Shown here: positions 11,553 to 22,357 of the stretch, one piece after another
Layout: each line of letters opens with the position of its first letter
Position numbering within the stretch: the first letter of the stretch is position 1
Source of the DNA: a candidate division WOR-3 bacterium
Lineage (GTDB): Bacteria; Hydrothermota; Tepidihabitantia; Tepidihabitantales; Tepidihabitantaceae
Assembly (NCBI GenBank): GCA_965649295.1
Contig: CBFGKH010000002.1
Coordinates: 192,001-256,000, forward strand
Length of the DNA: 64,000 nucleotides
Direction of reading: 5' to 3'
Position numbers and translations under genes: made by a program
The notes under the pieces: generated by a model
The model's database searches: none
Told to the model about the DNA's origin: nothing
Seen by the model: only the letters and a program-made list of their open reading frames with translations

Positions 11553-12452
11553 GTGAATGCGGAGGCAGTGGCAATCCTCAATCCGGCTGCTGGCCGCGGC
11601 CGCGGCGAAAAGCTGGAGCCGCGCATTCGGGCCGAGCTGGAGCGCTACTTTCCTGGCCTTGAGATACTGCGAACCGACGGGCCGGGTCACGCGACTGAAC
11701 TAGCCCGGCAGACAGCCGCGGCCGAGGTTGTTATCGCCATTGGCGGCGATGGCACCGTTCGTGAAGTTGCGTCTGGCCTGGTTGGCTCAAAGGCCGAGCT
11801 GGCAGTTGTGCCAGTTGGGTCGGGCAATGATCTTTTGAAGACGTTGGGGTGCAGCAGCAAGCTTGCGGACTCGTGCCGACGGGCACGGTATGGCCGGCCG
11901 CGACTCATTGACGTCAATCGCATCACTGTCAGCGACGACCAGGGCGAGCGACGGCTGCATTCAATCAACGCCGCTGGTTTTGGATTCGACGCGGCAGTCG
12001 TGACCGAGGCGATGAAGCTGCGCTGGCTGCGGGGTCTGCCTTTGTACGCGGTGGCAGTCTATCAGGCGGTGAGGAACCTGACTTGTCCGCTTGTGCGCAT
12101 CACTGCCAACGGCCAGACCTGGGAACAGCCTATCCTGCTCCTGGCGGCAACTAACGGCAAGTTTTACGGTGGCGGGATGAAGATTGCGCCGGCGGCTGAA
12201 ATTGATGACGGAATGATGGATGTCTGCATCATCGAGGCGGTCAGCAAGTTGTTTGTGATGAGAAAGCTGCCCAACTTCATCGCTGGCACTCACGTTACGA
12301 TGAAGCAGACGCGGCTACTGCGGCTGCGCGAGTTCAGGCTTGAGCTGCTAGAACCAGCGCCGTTCCAGCTCGATGGTGATGTGCTCAGTGCTGCTGGTCT
12401 GCCCAAGTTTCAGCTTGAAGTCCTGCCTCGGGCACTGACAATCCGGGCCTAG
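11553..12452 (+). CDS. Diacylglycerol/lipid kinase family protein (YegS/BmrU)
   Basis: NPAAGRG, GGDGTVREV, PVGSGND, GFGFDA, NGKFYGGG, QLDGD. Confidence 0.93.
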   Translation: MNAEAVAILNPAAGRGRGEKLEPRIRAELERYFPGLEILRTDGPGHATELARQTAAAEVVIAIGGDGTVREVASGLVGSKAELAVVPVGSGNDLLKTLGCSSKLADSCRRARYGRPRLIDVNRITVSDDQGERRLHSINAAGFGFDAAVVTEAMKLRWLRGLPLYAVAVYQAVRNLTCPLVRITANGQTWEQPILLLAATNGKFYGGGMKIAPAAEIDDGMMDVCIIEAVSKLFVMRKLPNFIAGTHVTMKQTRLLRLREFRLELLEPAPFQLDGDVLSAAGLPKFQLEVLPRALTIRA

Positions 12453-12548
12453 GCCGGTTGAACCGAAGCGAACAACTCTGGTCGGGCCGGTGCAGCCAGC
12501 ACGCACGGTGTTAGCGTCCAACAGGCGCAGCGACAAGGGGTTGGCACC

Positions 12549-12564
12549 TGGCACCATAGTTGCA
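12549..12564 (+). promoter_or_regulatory. Sigma54 promoter
   Basis: TGGCAC-CATAG-TTGCA, exact match to TGGCAC-N5-TTGCW, 48 nt before the lipoprotein ATG. Confidence 0.8.
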
Positions 12565-12611
12565 AATCGCTGAGTATGGTGAAGTCAGAGCACACTAGAC
12601 CGGAGGTAAGA

Positions 12612-13577
12612 ATGAAGCGTCTGTCTGCAACAGTCTTTGCTGCGCTACTCTTAGTCGGCGCCGGGATGCTCGGCTGTGATACTGCTCGTACGAGTGACGA
12701 GGAGTCGGTCCGCGCCTTGCTCGATGCGTCAGAGTACACCGATGAGGAAAGCTCAGTCCGCTACGGTTCAGCCGATTCCACGCTTGGTGCCGGCAATGGT
12801 GCAGAACTGCCGATACTCGCCGGCTATCAGTATCTCCCATTTGTCAGGTTTCATCGCTACATCCCCAGAACCGGGATTACGAGAACCGTTGAGGTGACGA
12901 TTCCGGCCTACCCTGGTTACGACGATACAACCGCCTTGGCGACGATAACAACCGACATCGTTGGCGAACTACGCGTGACCACCGATACCAGCACCAATCC
13001 GATTCTTGTCTGGCGCAAGCCGTTTCACGATGTCTCAGTGCGTCGTGTCTATCTGACCAAGACTCGGGCTAACCGGCGGACACCACGCGGTGGCTGGCAT
13101 ATCGTCAAGGTATCGCCGGTTCAGATTACGACCCAGAATCCCGACTACAACCTGCGTATCGTCCGGCTGCGGGCAACTGCCCGCCCGTCCGGTGCGAACT
13201 TTGAGCTGGTGACTGCTGACACGCTGCTGGCCAAAGACGAATTGCCAATTTTCCGGCCGAATGATACCGTCACTCTGCAGCTGGAGATGGCGAGCGACGG
13301 TGACTCCTGCTGGGCGTTTCTGCACCCTGGTCGGGTCGGCAACGAACGGCCGCGCTACTGGCGTCAGGCCTACTGGAAGACCGGCACCTTGACGTTCGAG
13401 CGGGTCTGGGTAGTTGGCGAAGAGCAGTATGACCGGCCGCGAGTCAGACCGAGTGTTCACGATGCGATTGGCTGGGGCACGCTCTGGGGTGACACTACTC
13501 AGCGCTATGTGGCTACTGCCTGGGGTATACCTTGCATTGTACGCCAGCCTGGGCAGCGGATTCCCGACGACGAATAG
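12612..13577 (+). CDS. Hypothetical lipoprotein
   Basis: SD GGAGG; MKRLSATVFAALLLVGAGMLG-C lipobox. Confidence 0.8.
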   Translation: MKRLSATVFAALLLVGAGMLGCDTARTSDEESVRALLDASEYTDEESSVRYGSADSTLGAGNGAELPILAGYQYLPFVRFHRYIPRTGITRTVEVTIPAYPGYDDTTALATITTDIVGELRVTTDTSTNPILVWRKPFHDVSVRRVYLTKTRANRRTPRGGWHIVKVSPVQITTQNPDYNLRIVRLRATARPSGANFELVTADTLLAKDELPIFRPNDTVTLQLEMASDGDSCWAFLHPGRVGNERPRYWRQAYWKTGTLTFERVWVVGEEQYDRPRVRPSVHDAIGWGTLWGDTTQRYVATAWGIPCIVRQPGQRIPDDE

Positions 13578-13595
13578 CGATAGCGCCAAGAACGA

Positions 13596-13627
13596 GCTAG
13601 GCCGGGGCCAACATGCCCCGGCCTAGC
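13596..13627. terminator. Terminator hairpin between convergent genes
   Basis: GCTAGGCCGGGGC-caacat-GCCCCGGCCTAGC 13-bp stem. Confidence 0.7.
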
Positions 13628-13640
13628 GTTATGGTCCTGA

Positions 13641-16600
13641 TTAGTGTTCAATAACGAGCTTGCGGGTAATGGTGTTACTACCGGATTCAAGTTGCAGTAG
13701 ATAGACGCCGGACGGCAGCGAACCGAGCGCTAGGTCCCAGTGTCCAGCCGACAGCGCCGAAGCCGGTAGGGAACGGCTGAGTACGCAGCGGCCGAGAGCA
13801 TCGTAGATGGACAGTGTGGTTGAGTTGCCCAGTCGTTCAGTGGCCAAGCGGATGAGGCCAGAGCGGAGAGGATTGGGGCCGCGGATTGAAGATTGAGAAT
13901 CGGAGGTAGCTACCGTGTTCGCGCCACTGCGGCTGGGGCGAAGAGAGTAGGCCATAGGCCAGTCAACCCAGCGCCAGCATTCGAGGGTTTTGTTGCCCTT
14001 GAGCGCAAAGAGGATGCCAGCAGCGTAGCTCGTGATGTCCGCTCCAGACTTCACCTTCTTTTTTCGTTGCGTGTAACCCCATTGTGGTAGCGTGTCGAGT
14101 TCCTGCCAGGAGTCGTGCTGGGGCAGGTAGCGGTAGTACTCTTGGGTGTTGCCGCCCTTGAGAGCATAGATGCAACCGTTAGACCAGGCTGCGCAGCCGC
14201 CATCATTAGACTTCCTGGTTCGGTTGAAGTAGCGGGAGACAAAAGGCATTCCGTGCAGCACGTCGGCGCTCCACGACCGGGTTGGAACATCGTAGCGGTA
14301 GAGTTTGTGGTATTTGGCTTGGTGAGCATAGAGGACGCCCGAGCCATCGCTGACCAAAAATGAGCCCTTGTCGTACTTCGGGCTGGCATCGGCCGGGGCT
14401 GGCCTTTCGGTCTCCCAACGCAGTGTCGTCGTGTTGAAGCGGTAGAACTCGTTTCTGTAGCCTTTGAGCAGATAGACGTAGCCGGTGTCGTGGTGCACGA
14501 CATAGGCAAGGTCGGTGCCGCCCTTGACAGGATGGGTACCGGCCGGGACCGGCTCGAGTTCGTGCCAGGAGTCCTGAACGATATCGTAGCGGTAGAACTC
14601 AAGGGTCTTATTGCCCTTGACCGTGTAGATGTATCGATCGCCGTCGGCTATGCCCGACGCACCTTTGCCGACGGCTCGATTGATGGGGCCGGCGGGAATG
14701 CTCGCTTTGGCGAGCCAGGTGTTGGCAATCGGGTCGAAGGCGTAGAAGTCGCGGGTCTTGTTACCGCGGCTAGCGTAGATTCTCTGATTGGGACTAGTGT
14801 AGGCGAGCCAGCCACCGTCCTGTATCAAGCGTGCTTGGCTGCCGGGCGGTATCGCGGCAACTTCGTGCCAGCCGCCTGGCCAGTTTGGGCCAGCGACGAC
14901 TGTGAATTGTCGGCTGATGGTGTCGTTGGCCGGATTCTGGTCACCAGCCAGCACTAGTGAGCAGCGACCGACATAACTGCCGGTGTCGTGGGGATGCGGC
15001 CACTCGGCGAAGGTGAGAGTTGTGCTAGCACCCGGGCCAAGGTTGGCCACTGATTGCAAACTCGTATAGACCTCGCTGCCGTGGCGCAGGATGCAAAAGA
15101 CCGCATTGAAGCTGGCAGGTAGGTCACCTTCATTGCTTACAATTGCCTGTGGGATGACTCTAACACCAGTATCAATTGTGCCAACTGGAGCGATGATGCT
15201 CGTGACACCGACGTCGAGCCTACCCGCGGCCGTAACGCGGCAGTTGGTGTTAGCCGTGTCGTTGGCCGGCAGCAGGTCATCGGCTGAAACTGTCCAGGCT
15301 ACTACCGAGTAATCGCCAACTGGTGTTGCCAGCCATTCAGGTGGAAGCTCGACATCAGCCAGTCCGCCAAGCGGCACGGTCAAGCCGGTCAGTTCGCGGC
15401 TGGCCACGATTGTGCCGCCGGTGTCGAGAATGGCAAGCCCGAGGCTGCCGACAATAGCAGTGTTACCATAGTTGGCAATATCAACCCGGGGCGTGACCAG
15501 CGTGCTCTCAACGAGAGTGCCATTGGGAATGTCAATACTGGCCACGCCGATGTCGCGCACGGCGACGAATACCGAGCCACTGAGGGTGTCGTTGGCTGGG
15601 ACCATGTCACCGGCGAGGGTGGTGATAAGCTGCAGGGCGTGAGTGCCGCGCTGCGGCTGCCAGGTTGGGCTGCAATCAATGGTGGCAGCAAGGCCTGGGC
15701 CCAGTCCGCTCACGGTCGCGGTGCCGATGTAACCGGTGCCAATCGTCAGTTGGGAAGTGAAGCTAGCGGCGGTGTTGCCATTGTTACGGACTCTGACCCG
15801 AGGCGTAATTGGGCCAGAGGAGTCAATGGCCGCACCGGGAACCTCAATCGCCAGTGGCTGAACATCGCGCAGGCGGACAAACACCGACTCGCGGTGCCAA
15901 TACCGGCCTTCTGGTCCGGCAAAGCCGGTTGCTGGTTCGTATTTGATGTCCTGAATGCGGTCATTGGCCCAACTGCGGAAAAGGATTGGCTGATGTCCGC
16001 TAGCCTTGGGCCTGACCACCAGCCAGTAGTCGAAGGTTGTGCCAACTGCCAGCCGGTTGCCCCAGGTGTAGCCGCCCTGCCATTCGAGAATCCGATACTG
16101 GCCGTTCGTTCGGGTCGTGACCTGGCCGATGCCGGTGCCAGTAGTCTGCCAGTCAACAATGCTAAAGCGAGTCGTGTCACAGGCCACGGTCAGGCCATAG
16201 CGCCAGGGTGAGAAGCCGGCTGTGCAACTGAGCCGCAGCCGGAGCGTCTCAGGCTGCAGCAGATTGACCGAGTCAGGCCAGTTGCGGCGCTGGCTCAGCA
16301 GGCTGATTGGCCCAAGCTCATAGTCCGGATAGTTGACATAGATAGCGTTGGTCAGCAGCTCAGGGTCGTTGACGCTGTTCTCAAGGTAGGCGCGGACAAA
16401 GTCGGTGCTGGTGGCGTTGTAGGTGACAGTCCATTCGTAGGCGTAGTCGTAGGACCCGAACGGATTCCAGAACCAGTGGTTGTGAACCGTGCCGGTCTTG
16501 TTGTAAACCCAGAAGTCGTCCAAGTAGTCGGCGTCCTCGATCTCAGCCCGGAACTTGATGGTCTTGGTGCCGGTAACGCGGATGTGCTGGCCCATTACCA

Positions 16601-17681
16601 AGTCCCATTGATTGTTGTTGTTGGTGTCGGCATAGAGCCAAATCTGGCCGTCATCAAGCTCGTCAATAACCATTGCCCGGCCGAGCTTGGCATATTTCAG
16701 GATTGAGTCAGGATGGTTCGAAGGGGCAAAGACCCGGGTATGGGAAGTCATCACTCCCTCGCCCGGCATATTGCCATGATAGTCGGCATTGCCGACCGCG
16801 GCGATGGTCTTGCCTTGGACCAGCAGGCTGTGCCACCAGCTTACTGCCTCGACGTCGCGGTCGCGGCCGCGGTCCTTGCCGGGCGGAAACCAGGTCGGGC
16901 CGTTGAAGACCTCAATCATATCCACGCTCGAATCGAGCACCGGGTAGTTGTCCCAGCCGAACCCGAGCTCGTCATCGCAGGGATGGTTAATCTGCACCAG
17001 TCCGCCGCGCCAGGAAGCGTCGTCAAGAAGCTGGCGCACCGTGCCGAGGGAGAAGACCTGACTGCCCTCAAATCCAAGCACGTTAGCATGGCCGAGGTCG
17101 CTTGACCATTCGGTGCCGCGAATCGGCTGCAACGTTCCGACCGGATGAAAGGCGGTGTCGTAGCACTGGGCAGTTTGGTCGTGGTCGGTAATGGCATAGG
17201 CGTGGGCGCCGGCACCGAGCGCAAGCTGGAGCAGGTTGTGCACCGAGTTGGTGCCGTCCGAGTAGGTGGTATGGGCATGGAAGTTTGCCTTGTACCAGGC
17301 ATTGTCACTCGTCCACATCCGCAACCAGAACTTTTGGGCCTTGCCGGTACGGAGTTCAATTTCGTTCTGGCCAGAGCGGAGCAGGCCTGAGTAGTCAGAA
17401 AGGTCGAGTCCGCCAATCCGGCTGCGCGGCAGTTCTTTGTGGCCGAAGGCAGCGACAAACTGGCCATTGGCCCAGACTGCCAGAGATTCAACACCCTCAA
17501 TGTTTGCATACCAGCCGGCAATGCGCCGACCAGCCGGTATCGTGGCCTGTAGCCGTAGCCGACCGTCACGGGCCAGGGCATCACCGTCAAATAGGATGCA
17601 GTCTGATTCTAACGGCGAAATGGCGGCTGCGAACGATAGTAGCAGCCCCAACAAAACTAGCAGTCTTCTACCAGAGCACAT
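13641..17681 (-). CDS. Large secreted PHP-domain (CehA/McbA-like) metallohydrolase with CARDB-like domains, Kelch-like propeller and T9SS-like tail
   Basis: Signal peptide; NFHAHTTYSDG, AITDHD, GTEW, HAN, INHP, EVFNG, GNADYH; repeated 'D..PANDT' Ig-like units; KGNKT.EFY.YD repeats; PSGVYLLQL...TRKLVIEH. Confidence 0.88.
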   Translation of the reverse strand: MCSGRRLLVLLGLLLSFAAAISPLESDCILFDGDALARDGRLRLQATIPAGRRIAGWYANIEGVESLAVWANGQFVAAFGHKELPRSRIGGLDLSDYSGLLRSGQNEIELRTGKAQKFWLRMWTSDNAWYKANFHAHTTYSDGTNSVHNLLQLALGAGAHAYAITDHDQTAQCYDTAFHPVGTLQPIRGTEWSSDLGHANVLGFEGSQVFSLGTVRQLLDDASWRGGLVQINHPCDDELGFGWDNYPVLDSSVDMIEVFNGPTWFPPGKDRGRDRDVEAVSWWHSLLVQGKTIAAVGNADYHGNMPGEGVMTSHTRVFAPSNHPDSILKYAKLGRAMVIDELDDGQIWLYADTNNNNQWDLVMGQHIRVTGTKTIKFRAEIEDADYLDDFWVYNKTGTVHNHWFWNPFGSYDYAYEWTVTYNATSTDFVRAYLENSVNDPELLTNAIYVNYPDYELGPISLLSQRRNWPDSVNLLQPETLRLRLSCTAGFSPWRYGLTVACDTTRFSIVDWQTTGTGIGQVTTRTNGQYRILEWQGGYTWGNRLAVGTTFDYWLVVRPKASGHQPILFRSWANDRIQDIKYEPATGFAGPEGRYWHRESVFVRLRDVQPLAIEVPGAAIDSSGPITPRVRVRNNGNTAASFTSQLTIGTGYIGTATVSGLGPGLAATIDCSPTWQPQRGTHALQLITTLAGDMVPANDTLSGSVFVAVRDIGVASIDIPNGTLVESTLVTPRVDIANYGNTAIVGSLGLAILDTGGTIVASRELTGLTVPLGGLADVELPPEWLATPVGDYSVVAWTVSADDLLPANDTANTNCRVTAAGRLDVGVTSIIAPVGTIDTGVRVIPQAIVSNEGDLPASFNAVFCILRHGSEVYTSLQSVANLGPGASTTLTFAEWPHPHDTGSYVGRCSLVLAGDQNPANDTISRQFTVVAGPNWPGGWHEVAAIPPGSQARLIQDGGWLAYTSPNQRIYASRGNKTRDFYAFDPIANTWLAKASIPAGPINRAVGKGASGIADGDRYIYTVKGNKTLEFYRYDIVQDSWHELEPVPAGTHPVKGGTDLAYVVHHDTGYVYLLKGYRNEFYRFNTTTLRWETERPAPADASPKYDKGSFLVSDGSGVLYAHQAKYHKLYRYDVPTRSWSADVLHGMPFVSRYFNRTRKSNDGGCAAWSNGCIYALKGGNTQEYYRYLPQHDSWQELDTLPQWGYTQRKKKVKSGADITSYAAGILFALKGNKTLECWRWVDWPMAYSLRPSRSGANTVATSDSQSSIRGPNPLRSGLIRLATERLGNSTTLSIYDALGRCVLSRSLPASALSAGHWDLALGSLPSGVYLLQLESGSNTITRKLVIEH

Positions 17682-17751
17682 CTGAGCCTCCCAGCTTCTA
17701 TTCCACAGGCTGTGGTCTAGCAAGGCCGATACTTCAGCCTTGAGCCGGCCA

Positions 17752-17782
17752 ATTATACTTCGGCCGCCTATCCTGCTGTCAA
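17752..17782 (-). promoter_or_regulatory. Possible sigma70 promoter
   Basis: TTGACA-N19-TATAAT: consensus hexamers, long spacer. Confidence 0.45.
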
Positions 17783-17843
17783 ATCTAGCGGCAAAGAGCT
17801 GAGGCGGCCAACCGGCCGCCCCAGCAGTGATGCTAGCCGAAGG

Positions 17844-20800
17844 TTAGTGCTCGATAACGAGCTTGCGCGTCAGCACATTGTTACTCGACTCGAGCCGAAC
17901 GAGATAGACGCCTGCCGGCAACTGGCGAAGGTCAAGAGCCATTGGCCCGGAACCGGTACCTACCAGTTGGCGAATGAGGACTCGCCGGCCAAGCGGGTCG
18001 AAGAGCGAAATCGTGGCTGTGCGGCCAGGTAAGCCAGCAGTGATGTTGAGAATGCCGGAACGGAGCGGATTGGGTGCTATTATCAATCGCCACTCGTCGG
18101 CTAGTGGGCCGTGTTGAGTCACGCCGTCGGCCTGGGGCCGGCCGGAGTAGAGGTCGGTAGTCGGCGTGTAGCGCCAGAACTCGCGGGTCTTGTTGCCTTT
18201 GAGGGCGTAGATGATGCCGTCAGCGCGAGCCGCAATCCCGGCTCCACCCTTGACCAGCCGGCGCTTGCGGGTAACCGGGCTGTAGCTGGGCAGAGATTCG
18301 AGTTCGGTCCAGGAGTCCCTGCTGATCCGGTAGCGGAAGAAGTCCTGACTGTTGGCTCCCTTGAGCGAGTAGATGTCGCCGGCGTAGTAGGTGGCGCAGC
18401 CGCCTTCTTTTGACTTCCGCGTCCGGCCGTAGCGGTTCGTGAGCGGCATTCCGGTCAGCATTCGGCTTGTGTCCCAGCGGCCAGTTGCCAGGTCAAACCG
18501 CCAGAGTTCGTGGTAGCGGGCCTTGTGCAAGTAGAGGCTCATCGTACCGTCAAAGACAAGCCAGGAGCCGTACTCAATCTTCGGCCCGCGACCGACGGGA
18601 ATGCCGGGTAATTCTTGCCAAGTGTCAGCGGTGATGTCATAGCGGTAGAACTCAAGGGTACCGCTGCCTTTGGCAAGATAGACCGACTGTTGGCCACCGT
18701 AGTCAACGTAGGCCATGGCAGTGCCGCCCTTCAGTTTGCGGCGCCTCACTCCCAAGGGGATTGATTCGAGCTCAAGCCAGCTATCACCACTGATGCTGTA
18801 GCGATAGAACTTACTCGTGTTGTTACCCTTGGCCGTATAGATGTAGTTGTCACCGTCAGTAGTCGCGCCCGAGCCTTTGGCTGGCGGCCTGTCCTCGCGG
18901 CCACGCTCATACGGGTTGCGCAGAGTCCAGCCGCCGCCGACAGGATCGAAGCAGTAGAAGTCTTCGGTCTTGTTGCCTTTGGCGGCAAAGAACCGGTCGT
19001 GGTTGCGATTATAGACGAGCCAGCCACCATCACCGACTGGTTTGTTGGAGTTGTCGAGCGGGACCGGATTCAGCTCCACCCAGCCGGCTGGTGCCGGCGC
19101 GCGCACAGCGAGCCAGGTTCGGGCAGTATCGTTGCTGCGGCGAGTATCAGTACCCAGCAGCGTTATGCCGACAACACTGTGGAGGCCGGCCGGACCAGCA
19201 GCCCAGGTCGGGAAGACAACCTGCTGATAGCTGCCGGGTGCATGGTTGACCACATCTACCGAGCAGTCATAGACCGTGCCGATGCGTACGAGAGCGCGAT
19301 AGCTCTCAGTCGTGTTGCCGTAGTTATAAAGCGAGCAGACCGGCGCTATCACTCGTCCCAACGGAATGTGGCCCGCCGGCACCAGTACCCGGGTGCAGCC
19401 GACGTCTGGTCGCGGATAGAGGACGCGCACCTCGGTGACCTGACGGTCGTCCTCAGGCGTATTGTCTCCAGCCAACCGAGTCGAGCAGGAGACAACGATT
19501 ACCCCAGTCGGTGACGCAACCCAGTTCGGGAAGGTTACCTCCCAGGTCACGCCGGCCGGATGGTTGCTGACCCATACTGACTCACGGTAGATGAGCGGGC
19601 CACCGATGTCCATCACGACAAAGTAGGATTCGGTGAACGAACCGTAGTTACGAACCGAGCAGGCCGGCGTTATCACCGCGCCGGAGTCAACTGTGCCGGT
19701 AGGTCTGACAATGAACGAGCAGCCGACATCGTGGCCGCCTGGCCGGCGCACGACGCAATGACCGGTGACTGAGTCGTTCGGAACGAGGTCCGGGCTGTAG
19801 ATAGTGCGGGCCTCCAGCGGAGTCACTCCGACAGTGGTGGCGGTCCAGTCGGGGAACGGCCCGACTTCGATTCTGTCACCCGGTCCCAAGTCGCTAACCC
19901 ACAGCGATTCGCGGTAGGCGCCGATTCTCAGTCTGGCCCAGAACGAGGCCGGTACGTTGCCAAAGTTGGCAACCGAGCAGGCCGGCGTTATCACCGTGCC
20001 CGAGTCAATCACCGCGCCGTCAGCGGGAGCGACGAGCGCCGTTGCTCCAACATCCCGTACCCGCACCATCACCGGCTGGGTCAGCGTGTTGTCGTCAGGC
20101 CTCACATCGTTGGGGATGATCGCGCTGGCAGTGGCAGTCCAATCCCCGCGCTGCCACCCGTCGAAGGCGCCGAAGCTGATGGTCAGTCGCTCGCCGGGTA
20201 GGGCCGAGACAGTCTGGGTCGCGTTGTAGTTCGCCAGATCGAATGTGACACCAAACGTCTCGGGTACGTTGCCCTGATTACCCACAGTGACTACCGGCGC
20301 GACAAGCTGGGTCGAGTCAATCGTATCGGTCGGTGCAACAATGTCCTCGACACTCACGTCTCGCACACGAACAAAGACCGAGTCAAGGGCAACGTTGTTC
20401 AGAAGATTGGTGTCACCATCGAGCGTAGTTGTGGCGATGACAAGATGTCGGCCCCGCGGCCAGTCGCTGTAAGCCGGGAAGGTGACGCGGGCACCGGTTC
20501 CTGGGGCCAGGCCGAACACAGTCTCGGTTGCCACATAGAACGGCGGCATGGTCGCGCCGATGCTGATTGTCACCGGAATGTCAATTGGGAAGTTGCCGTG
20601 ATTATGGACCGAGCAGGCCGGGGCAACAGTCTGAGTCGAATCAATCGTGTCGGTCGGTGCAAATATCCGCCAAGAGCCGCCGTCACGGATTTCCGGGCAG
20701 ATGTCAACCCGGCTGACACCAAAGTCGGCAACCGTCATTACCGACATGGCATAGGTTTCGATGACACTGGTGATGACACTGAAACCGGCCCCAATGTTGA

Positions 20801-22091
20801 GGCTAGCCAGGACCAGGGTGTCAATCACGCAGACCGGCCGGTTGCCATTGGTGTCGAGGGTGACAAAGTGGGCGTCGTCCTGGCCGATGGCCCAGGGGCT
20901 ATTAGTGTAACCGGCAATGGCATAACGGATGGTATCGCGGACAATGGCAAAGGCCTTCTCGTCCTGGGCCCCGGGCTGACTGGGATGAACCCGCGACCAG
21001 ACCGGGTTGCCGTTGACTGGTTCAACCTTCAGCGCCAGCATGTTGAAGTTCGGCACCCCTGGCCCGGCGCCGTTGGTCCAGCCGGCAACGGTGTAGCCCC
21101 GGAGCGAATCAACGACAAGACAGCGCTCGCCCATCGCTTTCTCTTCAGACAGGTCCCAGCCATAGACCCTTGCCCAGCTCGTGACGCCAGCCGGCGAAAG
21201 TTTCCAGAGCAGAATGTTGTCGCTGAGCGAGCCACCCGCGCCCCAGTTACCGCTCCAGCCGGCAACGATGATGTCCTTGCCGTCATACGCCACTGACCAA
21301 GCCTCGGTACTGGAAGCAGCGCTGGTGATTACTGGCTGATTGGCAGCCGGCCAGACCAGATTGCCGTTCAGAGCATCAACCTTCATCACAAAGGCGTTGG
21401 TCGTGCCGAGACCGCTGAACGGCTTGAACCGGCCGCAGACCACATAGGACGGATTGAGTGGACTTGGCACCTCGCAGATGCTCAGGCCTTCGGTCCAGTC
21501 GCTGCCCAGCAGATAGTTCCTTGCCCAGATCGGTGTACCAGTTCCGTTCAGCTTCAGCACCACTGCCTGGCGTATACCGCCTAGCTCGGAGTAGCCGGTA
21601 ACCGCATAACCACCGTCAGCAGTCGGGATCACCGCCATCGCCTTGTCATCACCGCCGCGGCCAAAAGTCTGGCCCCACATCAGGTTGCCGTCAGCCGCGA
21701 GCTTGACCACAAAGATATCGGCGCTGGGCGGGTTGAGGTTGCGGGTCCAGCCAGCGATAACGCAGCCGCCGTCAGCAGTCGCGGCGACCGATTGAACAAC
21801 GTCGGCAAAGTTACCCGGCGGTATTGGCCCGGTTGTTCGCGCCCAGGAGACAGCGCCGTTCGGCTTCACCTTGAAGACGAGTAGGTTAGTGTCAGCCGGG
21901 CCGCCAGTCGCCATGGTCGTGTAACCGGCCACAAACCAGCCCGAATCAGCAGCAGCGGCAATACTCAGCGCGCGCTCGCTGAGCTGGGTGCCATAGCAGC
22001 CGCACGGCAGCGGCACCGCAGTAGCAGCAGCCGGCAGCAAGAAACTAAGAAAGACAAGAAGGAGAAGGTGCTGAAGGCAGAAGCGGCTCAT
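17844..22091 (-). CDS. Large secreted protein: N-terminal beta-propeller, five CARDB-like domains, Kelch-like propeller, T9SS-like tail
   Basis: SD GGAGG; signal peptide; 'TADGG..AG.T' and 'K....G...W' blades; 'PACSV.N.G' repeats; PAGVYLVRL...TRKLVIEH. Confidence 0.88.
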   Translation of the reverse strand: MSRFCLQHLLLLVFLSFLLPAAATAVPLPCGCYGTQLSERALSIAAAADSGWFVAGYTTMATGGPADTNLLVFKVKPNGAVSWARTTGPIPPGNFADVVQSVAATADGGCVIAGWTRNLNPPSADIFVVKLAADGNLMWGQTFGRGGDDKAMAVIPTADGGYAVTGYSELGGIRQAVVLKLNGTGTPIWARNYLLGSDWTEGLSICEVPSPLNPSYVVCGRFKPFSGLGTTNAFVMKVDALNGNLVWPAANQPVITSAASSTEAWSVAYDGKDIIVAGWSGNWGAGGSLSDNILLWKLSPAGVTSWARVYGWDLSEEKAMGERCLVVDSLRGYTVAGWTNGAGPGVPNFNMLALKVEPVNGNPVWSRVHPSQPGAQDEKAFAIVRDTIRYAIAGYTNSPWAIGQDDAHFVTLDTNGNRPVCVIDTLVLASLNIGAGFSVITSVIETYAMSVMTVADFGVSRVDICPEIRDGGSWRIFAPTDTIDSTQTVAPACSVHNHGNFPIDIPVTISIGATMPPFYVATETVFGLAPGTGARVTFPAYSDWPRGRHLVIATTTLDGDTNLLNNVALDSVFVRVRDVSVEDIVAPTDTIDSTQLVAPVVTVGNQGNVPETFGVTFDLANYNATQTVSALPGERLTISFGAFDGWQRGDWTATASAIIPNDVRPDDNTLTQPVMVRVRDVGATALVAPADGAVIDSGTVITPACSVANFGNVPASFWARLRIGAYRESLWVSDLGPGDRIEVGPFPDWTATTVGVTPLEARTIYSPDLVPNDSVTGHCVVRRPGGHDVGCSFIVRPTGTVDSGAVITPACSVRNYGSFTESYFVVMDIGGPLIYRESVWVSNHPAGVTWEVTFPNWVASPTGVIVVSCSTRLAGDNTPEDDRQVTEVRVLYPRPDVGCTRVLVPAGHIPLGRVIAPVCSLYNYGNTTESYRALVRIGTVYDCSVDVVNHAPGSYQQVVFPTWAAGPAGLHSVVGITLLGTDTRRSNDTARTWLAVRAPAPAGWVELNPVPLDNSNKPVGDGGWLVYNRNHDRFFAAKGNKTEDFYCFDPVGGGWTLRNPYERGREDRPPAKGSGATTDGDNYIYTAKGNNTSKFYRYSISGDSWLELESIPLGVRRRKLKGGTAMAYVDYGGQQSVYLAKGSGTLEFYRYDITADTWQELPGIPVGRGPKIEYGSWLVFDGTMSLYLHKARYHELWRFDLATGRWDTSRMLTGMPLTNRYGRTRKSKEGGCATYYAGDIYSLKGANSQDFFRYRISRDSWTELESLPSYSPVTRKRRLVKGGAGIAARADGIIYALKGNKTREFWRYTPTTDLYSGRPQADGVTQHGPLADEWRLIIAPNPLRSGILNITAGLPGRTATISLFDPLGRRVLIRQLVGTGSGPMALDLRQLPAGVYLVRLESSNNVLTRKLVIEH

Positions 22092-22357
22092 ACAAACCTC
22101 CGGAGAGCTAGAGCTTGGCAGCCAGTCCCGCAGTCGCGCTGCGGGCAACGACGCAACTAAAGTCTAACTTGCCCGCTGGGAGTGTCAATCAGCCCAACCG
22201 CGGCCCGACGACATCACTATACAAACAGACGGTGTTCGAGCAGAAGTCGCTTCCCGGCGTGGTAACGCGTTGGGTTCTGCTGGTGGTCATGCACCTTCGC
22301 TGTCCTTGATGCAGAAGACTGTTGCTGCTATATTCGGGGAAATCGGCCCCAACGGCG

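Noticed and set aside
13641..22091. Diversity-generating retroelement acting on the paralogous C-termini
   Set aside because: No reverse transcriptase and no near-identical TR/VR pair differing at adenines was seen
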